The position numbers and the translations under genes are program-made. The notes below the pieces were generated by a model that saw nothing but the letters and a program-made list of their open reading frames with translations, made no database searches and was not told where the DNA came from. Source: Candidatus Fermentibacteraceae bacterium (GTDB taxonomy: Bacteria > Fermentibacterota > Fermentibacteria > Fermentibacterales > JCC-6). Taken from it: a stretch of DNA of 64,000 nt. Below are positions 47,707-57,964 of the stretch, in pieces (positions within the stretch are counted from its first letter, which is position 1; every line of letters starts with the position of its first letter). The stretch spans positions 1 through 64,000 of the forward strand of contig JBGSZS010000008.1 in assembly GCA_041750285.1 (NCBI GenBank). Direction: 5' to 3'.

Positions 47707-48602
47707 AGCGCAGTCATTCTCTCAAGCGCTCTGCGGGCGCGCTCGGCATGTTCTTCGGGAACGATGATCCCGGGGTCCGGCGAATCAAGGGCCCTGAAGA
47801 CCATGTCCGGCGTCGCACGTCGCATGTCGGCGCACGTGATCCCGCCGGCAGCCATGAACTCACGGTCGGGAAAGAGCGTTGACAGTCTGTAGAGCATTCC
47901 CTCTTCCGTTCCGATTATGAACCTGCCCGCTCTGGATTCGGAGACGAACCGGATCATTCCACCCGTGCCAAGAACGCTGTCGGCTTCCCTCCAGAACACG
48001 GGAGGAGTCTCGGGATGAACCAGTACGACAGCATCGGGCCACTGCTGCTTAGCGCGGCGAAGGTCCCTGATGTCGGCTCCGGCGTGTGCGTGACACCCGC
48101 CGGGCCATGGGATGACGTTTCGTCCCGACTCCTGCGCGGCAAAAGCCGCAAGGTTCCTGTCCGGAGCGAAGAGCACGTCACCCTCGGGAGCCGCGCGTAC
48201 AACGCTTACCGCATTGGCGCTCGTGCAGCATGCCCAGCTTTCGGCCTTCACCTCCACCGATGAGTTCACATAGGTCACCAGGGACGCGCCGGGATGGCCG
48301 GCTTTCCATTCCCTGGCGTCACGGCCGCTCATGCATGCCGCGAGGGAACAGTCCGCTCCCGGTGACACAAGCCTTACCACGCTTTGGGGCGAGAGGATCT
48401 TGGCTGTCTCGGCCATGAACCTGACCCCGCAGAATACAACGAGTGGAGCCCGTGCAGCCATGGCTGACCGGGACAGCTCAAGGCTGTCGCCCACCTCGTC
48501 GGCCAGGTCCTGAATCTCCGGGGGCTGATAGCTGTGGGCAAGGATCAGGGCCCCAAGCCGGTCCTTCAGCCCTATCAAAGCTTTGGCATCGTAAGGCATC
48601 AC
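47703..48602 (-). CDS. nadA: Quinolinate synthase
   Basis: LAHSYQ, GDSLEL, FCGVRFMAE, YVNS, CTSAN and HPE motifs. Confidence 0.93.
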   Translation of the reverse strand: MMPYDAKALIGLKDRLGALILAHSYQPPEIQDLADEVGDSLELSRSAMAARAPLVVFCGVRFMAETAKILSPQSVVRLVSPGADCSLAACMSGRDAREWKAGHPGASLVTYVNSSVEVKAESWACCTSANAVSVVRAAPEGDVLFAPDRNLAAFAAQESGRNVIPWPGGCHAHAGADIRDLRRAKQQWPDAVVLVHPETPPVFWREADSVLGTGGMIRFVSESRAGRFIIGTEEGMLYRLSTLFPDREFMAAGGITCADMRRATPDMVFRALDSPDPGIIVPEEHAERARRALERMTAL

Positions 48603-49576
48603 CCCTCCGTTCCAAGGATCATCCCTGCGCCGAGCACGGTTTCACCATCGCTGTCACTGTAGAAAACCGCGGTCTGTCCAGGCGCAACGGCCATCTGGGG
48701 TCTTTGAAAACCGACGGAAAGAACGTCCCGGTCGCGGCGGATTACGGCCGGAGCGGCCCTGTGCCTCGAACGCACCTGCACCAGGGCTTTGAACTCGGAG
48801 AGGGCGGGAAGGCCGAGATCGTTGATCCCGCAAACGGTGCAGCCCCTCGAGAAGAGGTTGCGTTCCCCGCCCACATAAAGGCGGTTTGTCTCCACTTCCA
48901 GCCTTACCACGTACATGGGGCGGCCATGGGCTCCGATACCGCGTCTCTGGCCGACCGTGAATCCCCCGAGTCCCGGATGAGTTCCAACCGTTTCGCCTTC
49001 CACGGTCAGGATCTCACCAGGCTCACCGGAACCACAGAGGTCGAAGCACAGGTCCTGACTCTCCCGCTCCAAAAATGGAAGCCCCGCCCTGGCAACAAGG
49101 TCCCTGACCCGGGCCTTGAGCATCGTTCCCAGGGGAAACGAGCACCTGGAGAGGATGGATTGCGGAACCATCGCAAGGAAGTAGCTCTGATCCTTGCCTG
49201 TATCCATGGCCCGTGTCAGGCTGGAGTCCCGCAGTGCAGCGTAATGACCCGTTACGATGGTCTCTCCGGGTTTCAGCATTGAGAAGGCTGAAGCAAGTTT
49301 GACCGTTGCGTTGCACAGGACGCATGGATTCGGTGTCAGCCCGTTCCTGCAGGCTTCTTCAGAGGGGCGCCTTACATTCTGCCGGAACAGCTCTGCCGAA
49401 TCCCTGACAAGAAGCTCCACGCCAAGACTTCCGGCTGATTCCAGCGCCTGTCCCGGAGGGCCGCTGCCCCTCGTATCAAGGTAGACGGCCCTTACCGAAT
49501 CCCATTCTTCACGGCAGATCATCATGGCAGCGGTTGAGTCCACGCCCCCCGAGAGGCAGACCAGGGCTTCACGCAC
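48599..49576 (-). CDS. mnmA: tRNA 2-thiouridylase
   Basis: SGGVDS, TPNPCVLCN, TGHY, KDQSYFL, ESQDLCF and APGQ motifs. Confidence 0.93.
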   Translation of the reverse strand: MREALVCLSGGVDSTAAMMICREEWDSVRAVYLDTRGSGPPGQALESAGSLGVELLVRDSAELFRQNVRRPSEEACRNGLTPNPCVLCNATVKLASAFSMLKPGETIVTGHYAALRDSSLTRAMDTGKDQSYFLAMVPQSILSRCSFPLGTMLKARVRDLVARAGLPFLERESQDLCFDLCGSGEPGEILTVEGETVGTHPGLGGFTVGQRRGIGAHGRPMYVVRLEVETNRLYVGGERNLFSRGCTVCGINDLGLPALSEFKALVQVRSRHRAAPAVIRRDRDVLSVGFQRPQMAVAPGQTAVFYSDSDGETVLGAGMILGTEG

Positions 49577-50786
49577 CGAACTTTTCCAGCCTTCCCGCCG
49601 AAGCAAGGAGCAGGGGCATCAGATCAAGTGACTCTATCGTGCCAAGAGCGCCCGAAGCGGCCTCGCGTTCGGAAAAACCACCGCTCCACCCCACACGCTG
49701 ATGTCCTCCGTGGATAAGCAGGGGAACCGGGTGCCAGCTGTGCTGCTTCATGGGGCACGGTGTACTGTGGTCACCCGTGACCGCCACCACGTCGAAGCCG
49801 GTCCTGATGAAACCGGGCAGTGCATTGTCGAAATCCTCCAATGCCGAGATCTTGCGTTTCCAGTCCCCATCCTCGCCGGCGCTGTCGGTGTACTTGTGGT
49901 GAAGGAAGACAAAGTCGTGCCCGAGGGTGAGAGCCCTATCAACCGCGGCGACCTGTCCGGAAAGGTCGCCGGGTGAAGACTCGAGAAGGGTCATTCCCAG
50001 AAGTGAGGCAAGGCCCCGGTACATCGGATAAAGGGCAACTGCAGCGGGATTGAGGCGGAACCTTTCACCGAAGCTCCTGTAGGTTCGGTTAAGGGCGATC
50101 CCCCTCAAAAGGACTCCGTTCGCTCGTGGCTGATCCTTCAGCATCCTTTGAGCCTGGCGGATGAACTCCCCCACCACTTCAGCTGTCCGGGCGCACTCCC
50201 GGGAAGGCGATACGACCGGCAGGGGTTTCAGACCAACAGCTCCGGGATCGGTGTCGGAGAGACCATCCCGCAATCCCTCCCCCCTGAACACGACGCAGGC
50301 GCGGTGCTCCTTAACCGGGCGAACCATCACCTGAACACCGGGAATCGTTATGGCATCCAGCCTCTCCGCAAGGACGGCGCTCTCACCGGTCGGAATCCTC
50401 CCTGCCCTGCGGTCCGTTATCACACCTTCCCCGTCGAGGGTGCAGAAATTGATGCGGGCAGCCAGGTCACCCATCTCGAGGGGGAACCCTATTCCCAATA
50501 CCTCAAGCACGCCCCTGCCTATCAGATTGTCGACAGGATCGTATCCGAAAAGGGCCATGTGCGCGGGGCCGCTGCCCGGGGTTATCCCCTGGGCCACGGG
50601 CACGTGCTGGCCTATCGCGCCGTCGCGGGCCAGGGCGTCGAGATTGGGGATGTCTGCGGCCTCCATGGGGGTTCTTCCACCAAGTTCCGGAACGCTTACG
50701 TCTCCCAGACCGTCAAGCACGGCAAGCAGGATCCTTCCCCCGCGGGGAAGAACAAGGCTCTCCGCCAGTTCAATGGATCTGCCCAT
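49569..50786 (-). CDS. apgM: 2,3-BPG-independent phosphoglycerate mutase (ApgM type)
   Basis: LDGLGD, PGSGPAH, DRRAGR, TDSAGEDG and TGDHSTP motifs. Confidence 0.92.
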   Translation of the reverse strand: MGRSIELAESLVLPRGGRILLAVLDGLGDVSVPELGGRTPMEAADIPNLDALARDGAIGQHVPVAQGITPGSGPAHMALFGYDPVDNLIGRGVLEVLGIGFPLEMGDLAARINFCTLDGEGVITDRRAGRIPTGESAVLAERLDAITIPGVQVMVRPVKEHRACVVFRGEGLRDGLSDTDPGAVGLKPLPVVSPSRECARTAEVVGEFIRQAQRMLKDQPRANGVLLRGIALNRTYRSFGERFRLNPAAVALYPMYRGLASLLGMTLLESSPGDLSGQVAAVDRALTLGHDFVFLHHKYTDSAGEDGDWKRKISALEDFDNALPGFIRTGFDVVAVTGDHSTPCPMKQHSWHPVPLLIHGGHQRVGWSGGFSEREAASGALGTIESLDLMPLLLASAGRLEKFGA

Positions 50787-50787
50787 T

Positions 50788-51819
50788 TCACCCCTCCTTG
50801 AAGACAACACCGTGACCCGGAGTGATCCTCCCGGCCAGAAACGGTCTCTCACCTGCATCAGTGAGACTCTCCATGACACTGCGGGGCTCGGAGGTGACAA
50901 GCAGGAAACCCGCCCCCATGTTGAATGCAAGCCTCATCTCCGCCGGGGCTATCGCTCCCTTTTTCGCTATGAGGTCGAAGACGGGAGGGACGGGCCATGT
51001 GCCGTCGATGATCGCTCCCAGTCCATCGGGGAGGATCCTCACGAGGTTGCCGGGGATCCCGCCCCCGGTGATGTGCGCCATGCCTGTGACCATGTTCCGG
51101 GCAAGCAGGGGAGAAACAGCGCTGAGGTAGCTTCTGTGAACGGCCAGCAGGGCCTCTCCCACTGAGGCTCCGAGCAGTTCGTCGGGTCTGTCAGCAAGAG
51201 CGAAGCCGCTGATCTCGAGCAGCACCCTGCGGGCCAGTGAGTAGCCGTTCGTGTGAAGGCCGGTCGAGGGCAGTCCGACTATTGAGTCCCCGGCGGTCAC
51301 GGCGCTTCCGTCAACAACGGAGCCCTCTTCCACAACTCCCACGATGGTGCCCGCCACATCGTAGTCGCCGGGGCTGTAAAAGCCCGGCATCTCTGCTGTT
51401 TCGCCGCCAAGCAGGGCGCAGTGGTTTTCGAGACAGGCGCCGGCCATCCCGGTGACTATCCGGGCTGCCGTGACCGCCGAAAGTGACCCGCAGGCAATGT
51501 AGTCCATGAAGAACAGGGGTGACGCTCCCTGCACGAGTATGTCGTTCACGCAGTGGTTCACCAGGTCGGCGCCCACGGTGGAGTAATCCCCCGCCATGGA
51601 GGCGACCTTGAGCTTCGTTCCCACGCCGTCGGTGCTTGCCACGAGAACGGGATTCTTCATCCCGGGAAAATCGGCACGGAAGAGGCCTCCGAAATGGCCG
51701 AGATCGGAAAGGACCCTTTCGTTGAAGGTCCTCTTCACCTCGGATCTCATCAGTGACACTGCCCTGTTGCCCTCTTCTATGTCCACGCCGCTCTTCCTGT
51801 AATCGAGGGGAGCCATCAC
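50788..51819 (-). CDS. purM: Phosphoribosylformylglycinamidine cyclo-ligase
   Basis: YRKSGVD, TDGVGTK, GGETAEMPG, HTNGYSL, HITGGG and FNMG motifs. Confidence 0.97.
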   Translation of the reverse strand: MMAPLDYRKSGVDIEEGNRAVSLMRSEVKRTFNERVLSDLGHFGGLFRADFPGMKNPVLVASTDGVGTKLKVASMAGDYSTVGADLVNHCVNDILVQGASPLFFMDYIACGSLSAVTAARIVTGMAGACLENHCALLGGETAEMPGFYSPGDYDVAGTIVGVVEEGSVVDGSAVTAGDSIVGLPSTGLHTNGYSLARRVLLEISGFALADRPDELLGASVGEALLAVHRSYLSAVSPLLARNMVTGMAHITGGGIPGNLVRILPDGLGAIIDGTWPVPPVFDLIAKKGAIAPAEMRLAFNMGAGFLLVTSEPRSVMESLTDAGERPFLAGRITPGHGVVFKEG

Positions 51820-52730
51820 TCGATCCTGTCCAGCTGGTTCGTGGAGAGATAGAATGACAGCCTGTGTGAAACAGCCTCGTAGTCAATGTTTCTTAGGCCG
51901 TCAACGCCGAAACCCTCAATGGCGAAACTTGCGGTAACCGAGCCGAAACACATTGCCCGGGCGATGTTCTTCAAGGTCAGTTCACCGCCTGAACCCGATA
52001 GGCTTGCCAGCATTCCTGCGGCGAAACTGTCTCCCGCTCCCGTGGGGTCGACTACTTTGTCCACCGGAACAGCGGGCATGATGAAGGGCGTCTTGCCGCC
52101 CAGCACCATTGCGCCCTGGGCACCCATTTTGACAACGACGAACCTGGGACCAGCATCGAGCAGGAACCGGCCCGCTTCGAAGAGGTTCCCGAAACCCGAT
52201 ATCTGCCTTGCCTCGGATGCGTTGACGAAAAGAAGGTCAACCCGGTTCACGGCTTCGAGGACAAGCTCCCTCCTCCTGTCGATCCAGAGGTTCATCGTGT
52301 CCAGGGCGACCCAGCGCGGGGCGACGACCTGGTCCATGACCCTGAGCTGAAGCTCGGGATCGATGTTGGCAAGGAATACACAGGGGGTTTCCCTGTAGGA
52401 TTCGGGAAGCTTCGGCTCGAATCCCGCGAACACGCCAAGCTCGGTTCTCAGGGTCTGGGCATCGCCGAAATCGGGCCCGTAGACACCCTCCCAGCGGAAA
52501 GTGGGGCCCTGCCCCGTCAACATGCCCTCGAGGTCGATGTCCTTCGTGGCGAGGAACTCCAGCTCCTTCCTGGGGAAGTCGGGACCCACGACCCCCACGA
52601 TCCTCACCGAATCGAGCGGGCAGGCGGCCAGACCGAAATAGACCGCCGACCCGCCCAGTGCATCCTCAGTCTTCCCCGCGGGGGTCGTTATTGTATCCAG
52701 CGCCACTGAACCGACTACGAGAATTGACAT
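51816..52730 (-). CDS. PfkB family carbohydrate/nucleoside kinase
   Basis: GSVALD, LGGSA and DPTGAGDSF motifs. Confidence 0.92.
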   Translation of the reverse strand: MSILVVGSVALDTITTPAGKTEDALGGSAVYFGLAACPLDSVRIVGVVGPDFPRKELEFLATKDIDLEGMLTGQGPTFRWEGVYGPDFGDAQTLRTELGVFAGFEPKLPESYRETPCVFLANIDPELQLRVMDQVVAPRWVALDTMNLWIDRRRELVLEAVNRVDLLFVNASEARQISGFGNLFEAGRFLLDAGPRFVVVKMGAQGAMVLGGKTPFIMPAVPVDKVVDPTGAGDSFAAGMLASLSGSGGELTLKNIARAMCFGSVTASFAIEGFGVDGLRNIDYEAVSHRLSFYLSTNQLDRIE

Positions 52731-52738
52731 TGAAACCT

Positions 52739-54412
52739 CTACATTCTTTCCGGGGCGCTTATGCCCAGAACTTCAAGAAGACCCTTCAGCCCCTCCCGGC
52801 AGGCGAGGCAGAGAAGCATCCGCGCCCGGGTGAGTGAAGGATTGCCCTCGTCCATGACCTTGTGCTGCGTGTAGAACCCGTGAAATGCCGTTGCCAGCTC
52901 CGATGCCGTCTCGGTTATGCGGTGGGGCGAAAGGTCCGCAGCCGCTTCGGAGACCCTCACGGGGAGTGCCTCGAGCAGTCTGAGCAGGACCCGTTCCCTC
53001 GGTTCGCGAAGGAGGTCTGCGGCCTGCCCGGCGTCGGTGTCCCTGAAACGGTCGCCGGCAGCTCGAAGAATCCCCCCGATCCTGGCGAAGGCGTACTGAA
53101 TGTAGAACACGGGGTTTTCCTCGGAATCCTTCCGTGCCACCGCCAGATCGAAATCCATATGGGCCTCGGCCCTTCGTGTGAGGAAAAGGAATCGCGTCAC
53201 GTCGGGGCTTCCGACTTCATCAACCAGGTCCCGAAGGGTTACGAACTCCCCGGAACGGGTGGACATCCTTACCGTCTCACCACCCCTGGAGAGGGTGACG
53301 AACTGGTGAATGACCGTTCTAAGGGTGCGCCCGACCGTATCGGCTCCCAGAAGGGCCGATACGGCTGCCTCGACGTCTCTGCAGGTATCGATGTGATCGC
53401 TTCCGAAGACATCCACCAGAAGGTCGAAGCGCCTCGAGAACTTGTCGAGGTGGTAGGCGATGTCGGGCATCCGGTAGGTGTATCCCCCGCCTGCCCTGCG
53501 TACGACCCTGTCCTCCGGACGGCCCAGTGCCGTCAATTTCAGCCACAGCTTTCCGGAGCCGTCAGGGTCGTCGTACGTGAGGCCCGCCCTGTTCAGGCGA
53601 TCGATCGCTTCCTCGACAGCGCCGGGGATGAGCTCGCTCTCGGCGAAATACCTGTCAAAGGATATGTCCAGAAGTTCGAGGTCGTTCCTGATCAGATCGA
53701 ACGCGCGTCCCGTCGCTGCCTTCCTGAAGCGCTCACGGTCTTCCGGCCATGCGATTCCGGGTTCGCTCAGCAGAAGGTCACGGGCCCAGTCGAGGATGTA
53801 GGCGCCCTGATAACCGCCTTCGGGCACGGGCATGGCGCCCCCCCGGAGCTGGTCACACCGGGCGGCCAGGGACTCGGCCAGCCTGTCCATCTGTCTGCCG
53901 GCGTCGTTGAAATAGTATTCGCGTGAGACGGTCCAGCCCACGGCGGAAAGAAGGCGGCTGATGGCATCGCCCAGAACGGCCTGCCTGCAATGGCCCACAG
54001 TCAGGGGTCCGGTGGGGTTCGAACTTACGAACTCCACCAGCGCCCTGCCCCTCGGGCCACATTCGCCGAGGATCCCGGCGAGGCCCTCATTCGCCAGCCT
54101 GGCTGCCATTGAGGACAGGTAACCGTTGCTCAGGGTGATATTGACGAAACCTGGTCCGTCGACGGTCACACCTTCCACAAACGACAGACCAGAAAGCCCG
54201 TCGGCCATTGCCGACGCAATCCGCCGGGGTGGGAGCTTCAGTTCCCTGGCGAGCCCCATGGCCGAACTCGAGGCAATGTCGCCGTATCCCCTCTCGCCCG
54301 ACTCGACTGCGGCAACCGAACGAAGCTGTTCCTCGGAGCATGCGAACTCCCGGCGCAGGGCCAGGCGCATCCCCTCCGCTATCCTACTCCTGGTTGAGAA
54401 CGGGGAACTCAT
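52739..54412 (-). CDS. argS: Arginine--tRNA ligase
   Basis: GPGFVN, EFVSSNPTGPLTVGH, EYYFND, MSTRSG and NPVFYIQYA motifs. Confidence 0.95.
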   Translation of the reverse strand: MSSPFSTRSRIAEGMRLALRREFACSEEQLRSVAAVESGERGYGDIASSSAMGLARELKLPPRRIASAMADGLSGLSFVEGVTVDGPGFVNITLSNGYLSSMAARLANEGLAGILGECGPRGRALVEFVSSNPTGPLTVGHCRQAVLGDAISRLLSAVGWTVSREYYFNDAGRQMDRLAESLAARCDQLRGGAMPVPEGGYQGAYILDWARDLLLSEPGIAWPEDRERFRKAATGRAFDLIRNDLELLDISFDRYFAESELIPGAVEEAIDRLNRAGLTYDDPDGSGKLWLKLTALGRPEDRVVRRAGGGYTYRMPDIAYHLDKFSRRFDLLVDVFGSDHIDTCRDVEAAVSALLGADTVGRTLRTVIHQFVTLSRGGETVRMSTRSGEFVTLRDLVDEVGSPDVTRFLFLTRRAEAHMDFDLAVARKDSEENPVFYIQYAFARIGGILRAAGDRFRDTDAGQAADLLREPRERVLLRLLEALPVRVSEAAADLSPHRITETASELATAFHGFYTQHKVMDEGNPSLTRARMLLCLACREGLKGLLEVLGISAPERM

Positions 54413-54803
54413 CTCCCGCCCCTGTCTCGCCGTCCCGGTATTCTTCGTACGGCGCATCGCTCCACAGGGTTTCCAGGGAGTAATAGGCCCTGGTCTCGGG
54501 CAGGAAGATGTGCACCACGAGATCCACGAAATCCAGAAGGATCCAGCTTCCCTCGTCGTAACCTTCGCAGTGGTGCATCTTTCTCCCCAGTTTTCGCATC
54601 TCCCTTTCCACGTGGTCCGCGACGGCTCTGGTCTGTATTCTGGTGTCGGCAGTGGCCAGCACGAAAACATCCATCGTGAGAGGGAACTCGGACATGTCCA
54701 TCGCCCTCACTCCGTGACCGTGGCGCTGATGAATCGCCTCGACCACCGTGCCGAGGATGTCAGGGGTTTCGTTGATCTCCGTCAATCGTTCCTCCCGTCT
54801 CAA
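54384..54803 (-). CDS. rsfS: Ribosome silencing factor
   Basis: EGYDEGSWILLDFVDLVVHIF...RAYYSLETLW. Confidence 0.92.
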   Translation of the reverse strand: MRREERLTEINETPDILGTVVEAIHQRHGHGVRAMDMSEFPLTMDVFVLATADTRIQTRAVADHVEREMRKLGRKMHHCEGYDEGSWILLDFVDLVVHIFLPETRAYYSLETLWSDAPYEEYRDGETGAGDEFPVLNQE

Positions 54804-55309
54804 TTTGGGGTAACGGGCATGAATGTCCTTGTGGCAAGGTCACGCCCGAGATACACGGTAACATCAACTTCAGGTGCTCCCTGAAAGGGGATGCACCAGA
54901 CAATGCTGCTGTCGGGAACACCCAGCCGTTCCGCAACCGCGGCTGCCGCCGCAGGCCCGGGAACGTGTGAGACTATCACGGTCTCGATATAGTCGGATCT
55001 GTCAGCGTCCTGTGCGCTGGATGGGGTGATGAAGAAAACGGGACCGCTCCTCCCCTCCAGATGCCGCTGGACCTCGCGCCCCTTCCCGTTGATGCTGGTG
55101 CCGTTGTAGACCATCACCCTTACCGTGTCGGGGGAGGGGCCATCGTACAAGGGCTGCGGTATCCCGGTTGCGGGCCCGGTTGGCGGGTGCGCAGCCGGGC
55201 TGTAGACCAGCGCCAGCGTTATGGCACACCCCGACAGGATGCCAAGGACCACCTGCCATACCCTCCCGGTGTTGTTCCTGGCCGTTCTTCTGCGTCGGGC
55301 TGCGGTCAC
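54800..55309 (-). CDS. LytR C-terminal domain membrane protein
   Basis: Single TM; VMVYNGTSING and DVTVYLGRD motifs; typical position upstream of rsfS. Confidence 0.75.
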   Translation of the reverse strand: MTAARRRRTARNNTGRVWQVVLGILSGCAITLALVYSPAAHPPTGPATGIPQPLYDGPSPDTVRVMVYNGTSINGKGREVQRHLEGRSGPVFFITPSSAQDADRSDYIETVIVSHVPGPAAAAAVAERLGVPDSSIVWCIPFQGAPEVDVTVYLGRDLATRTFMPVTPN

Positions 55310-55797
55310 GGACTGCTCCGAAAGCCGGGTGAAAGATCTTCCCAGGCCTGCTCCAGTGACTGTGACAGGACCCGTACCCCCCCGACCGAGCTCATGAAAC
55401 TGGTGTCGCCGTTCCATCGTGGAAGGACGTGAAGATGGAGGTGTCCGGGAATTCCTGCGCCAGCTGCGCTTCCAAGGTTCCATCCGCCGTTGATGCCCTG
55501 GCATTTCATGGTTGCCCGCAGGACGCCCTCGGCTTTTCTTACCAGATCGAGCATCTCGGCGGTCTCCTCCGCCGAAGACGACGTGAAGTCGGGTACGTGA
55601 CGGAAGGGAACTATCATCATGTGGCCGTTTATGTAGGGATAACGGTTCAGAACGACGAGACAGCGTTCGCCCCGGACAAGCACAAGGTTGTCACGATCCC
55701 TCTCCGGAGGATCCCCTGCGATTCCACAGAAAACGCATCCCGTTCTTTGCTGTGAACTTACATAACCATAGCGCCAGGGGGCCCACAGGTTTTTCAA
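55306..55797 (-). CDS. HIT family hydrolase
   Basis: LWAPWR, CVFC, NRYPY, AGAGI and HLHLHVLPRW motifs. Confidence 0.93.
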   Translation of the reverse strand: MKNLWAPWRYGYVSSQQRTGCVFCGIAGDPPERDRDNLVLVRGERCLVVLNRYPYINGHMMIVPFRHVPDFTSSSAEETAEMLDLVRKAEGVLRATMKCQGINGGWNLGSAAGAGIPGHLHLHVLPRWNGDTSFMSSVGGVRVLSQSLEQAWEDLSPGFRSSP

Positions 55798-56741
55798 GCG
55801 CCGCTCCTCACTGAACCCTCGGTCAGCTCGCAGTCGATCGAAGCGTTCTCGACAACGCAGAAATCAAGAAGCCGCGCGGTCGAGGCCAGAAAAGAGGCCC
55901 CCGAAACCCTGCAGCACCTTCCTATGAAGGCTCCGGGCTCTATGACAGCGCTGTCCTCGATCCAAACGCCGTCGGGGTCGGGAATGGCAACTCCGGACAG
56001 AAGCAGTTCATCAACGACCCTTTTCTTCATGGCCCTTGTGCACTCTGCCAGGTGAAGGGGGTCATTCACGCCGCGAACCTCGAGCCAGTCCGGGGATGCC
56101 ACGGCGGATACCCTTCGCCCGCCTGCAAGCGCCACTTCAACGGCATCCGTGAGGTAGTACTCACCCTGGGTGTTCCCGTTCCCTATCCCTGAAAGCAGGG
56201 TGGCAAGGCATGTCGCATCGAAGACCATGATGCCGGTGTTGATCTCGTTGCACGAAAGCTCTTCCGGTGTTGCGTCCCGGTGTTCGACGATCTTCCTGAC
56301 CGAGCCGTCCACATCCCTGATTACCCTTCCGTAACCGGAGGGATCGGGGGGAACCGCAGTGAGTACCGACATTGCCGCTCCGGCTGAACGGCGACATTCA
56401 ACAAGTTCCCTGATGGTCTCGACCCTGAGAAGCGGGACGTCTCCAAGAAGTACAAGAACCTCCGTTGCCTGCCCGATCAGGGGCAAGGCGCACTGAAGAG
56501 CGTGGGCAGTGCCGAGCTGAGGTTCCTGAATGACCCATGAGACACCGGAATCATCAAGCAAGGGCGTAACGAGTTCCCTGCCGAAGCCCACGACAGCGGT
56601 GATCCCCTCGCAACCTGCCCTTGCCGCGGTTTCAGCGACCCTGAGTATCATCGGTTTTCCCAGAACGGGGTGAATCACCTTCGGCAGAGATGACTTCATT
56701 CGTGTTCCCTTGCCGGCGGCCAGTATGACGGCATGGATCAT
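55794..56741 (-). CDS. glmU: GlmU-like nucleotidyltransferase (uridylyltransferase domain, truncated beta-helix)
   Basis: LAAGKGTRMKS, QLGTAHA, GDVPL, GYGR, EINTG and EYYLTD motifs; only 315 aa. Confidence 0.8.
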   Translation of the reverse strand: MIHAVILAAGKGTRMKSSLPKVIHPVLGKPMILRVAETAARAGCEGITAVVGFGRELVTPLLDDSGVSWVIQEPQLGTAHALQCALPLIGQATEVLVLLGDVPLLRVETIRELVECRRSAGAAMSVLTAVPPDPSGYGRVIRDVDGSVRKIVEHRDATPEELSCNEINTGIMVFDATCLATLLSGIGNGNTQGEYYLTDAVEVALAGGRRVSAVASPDWLEVRGVNDPLHLAECTRAMKKRVVDELLLSGVAIPDPDGVWIEDSAVIEPGAFIGRCCRVSGASFLASTARLLDFCVVENASIDCELTEGSVRSGA

Positions 56742-57098
56742 TCAGATCACCACCGGCGAAAGGTTGTCACCGTCGGCCACAACCACCACGGGAACGGGGG
56801 GATCCTCCCTGCCTGTGTCGACAAGCACGTACTGGAGGATTATCACAAGATCGCCCGGCGCGCAGAGCCTTGCAGCGGCTCCGTTTATGCAGATAACCCC
56901 GCTTCCGGCAAGGCCCTCCACCACATAGGTTTCAAACCTGGCTCCGGTGTTCACACAGGCGACAAGCACACGTTCCCCGGGCATGATACCTGAAAGTGAA
57001 AGCAGGTCGCTGTCGATTGTTATCGATCCCACATAATTGAGGTTGGCTTCGGTTACCTTCATCCGGTGGAGCTTGGCTCCCAGAAAAGTTCTCAGCAT
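56742..57098 (-). CDS. panD: Aspartate 1-decarboxylase
   Basis: [17 protein letters not shown] and NGAAAR motifs. Confidence 0.96.
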   Translation of the reverse strand: MLRTFLGAKLHRMKVTEANLNYVGSITIDSDLLSLSGIMPGERVLVACVNTGARFETYVVEGLAGSGVICINGAAARLCAPGDLVIILQYVLVDTGREDPPVPVVVVADGDNLSPVVI

Positions 57099-57964
57099 CC
57101 TGTCCTCCGTGAAGCATGAGGGGGTTCCAGGGAGATGTTGTCGATGAGCCTCGTGGAACCGGCATGGACAGCCGTGAGAAGCCTCACCGTCTTGTGCAGG
57201 CTGTCCGCCGGTTCCAGGGAACCGGGGTCGACCGCCTCTAAATAGGAAAGCGAAAGCAGTGGCGCCCGGGAGAGAACGTTCATGAACACACCTTTCAGCG
57301 CAGCCAGATCCGTCTCACCCTCCCCCGCCGCACCGGATACCGCCTTGAGCCCCCGGTATATATATGCTGCCTGCACTCTCTCTTCCGTTGAAAGGTAGGC
57401 GTTCCTGCTGCTCATGGCAAGACCGTCAGCCTCCCTGACGATGGGGCACTGCACGATCCCGGGTTTCAGCCTCAGGTCGCTCACCATTCTGCGAATGACG
57501 GCAAGCTGCTGGAAATCCTTCTCCCCGAATACTGCCACATCGGGTCCGATGATGTTGAACAGAGCACAGCAGACCGTGGTGACTCCCCGGAAGTGGCCCG
57601 GACGGGACGCCCCGCAAAGCCCGGCCGTGAGCCCCGTGACCTCCACGAAGGTGGAGAAACCTTCAGGATAGACGGCTTCAGGTGAGGGTGTGAAAACAAG
57701 GTCTGCCCCCTCACGTTCGAGAAGACCGCAATCGGCGTCGAGCATCCGGGGGTATCTGCCAAGGTCTTCCCCGGGGCCGAACTGGGAAGGATTCACGAAG
57801 ATCGAGACCACGACCTTCCCGCATCTTGCCCTTGCCTCTCTGACCAGGCTGAGGTGGCCTTCGTGCAGCGCCCCCATCGTTGGAACGAAACCGATGCTGA
57901 TGCCGCCGGAACTCCATTCACGAGTGATGGCAGAGGCTTCTCGCTCAAGACTGACAACCCTCAT
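57092..57964 (-). CDS. panC: Pantoate--beta-alanine ligase
   Basis: [35 protein letters not shown] and RLIDN motifs. Confidence 0.97.
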   Translation of the reverse strand: MRVVSLEREASAITREWSSGGISIGFVPTMGALHEGHLSLVREARARCGKVVVSIFVNPSQFGPGEDLGRYPRMLDADCGLLEREGADLVFTPSPEAVYPEGFSTFVEVTGLTAGLCGASRPGHFRGVTTVCCALFNIIGPDVAVFGEKDFQQLAVIRRMVSDLRLKPGIVQCPIVREADGLAMSSRNAYLSTEERVQAAYIYRGLKAVSGAAGEGETDLAALKGVFMNVLSRAPLLSLSYLEAVDPGSLEPADSLHKTVRLLTAVHAGSTRLIDNISLEPPHASRRTGC

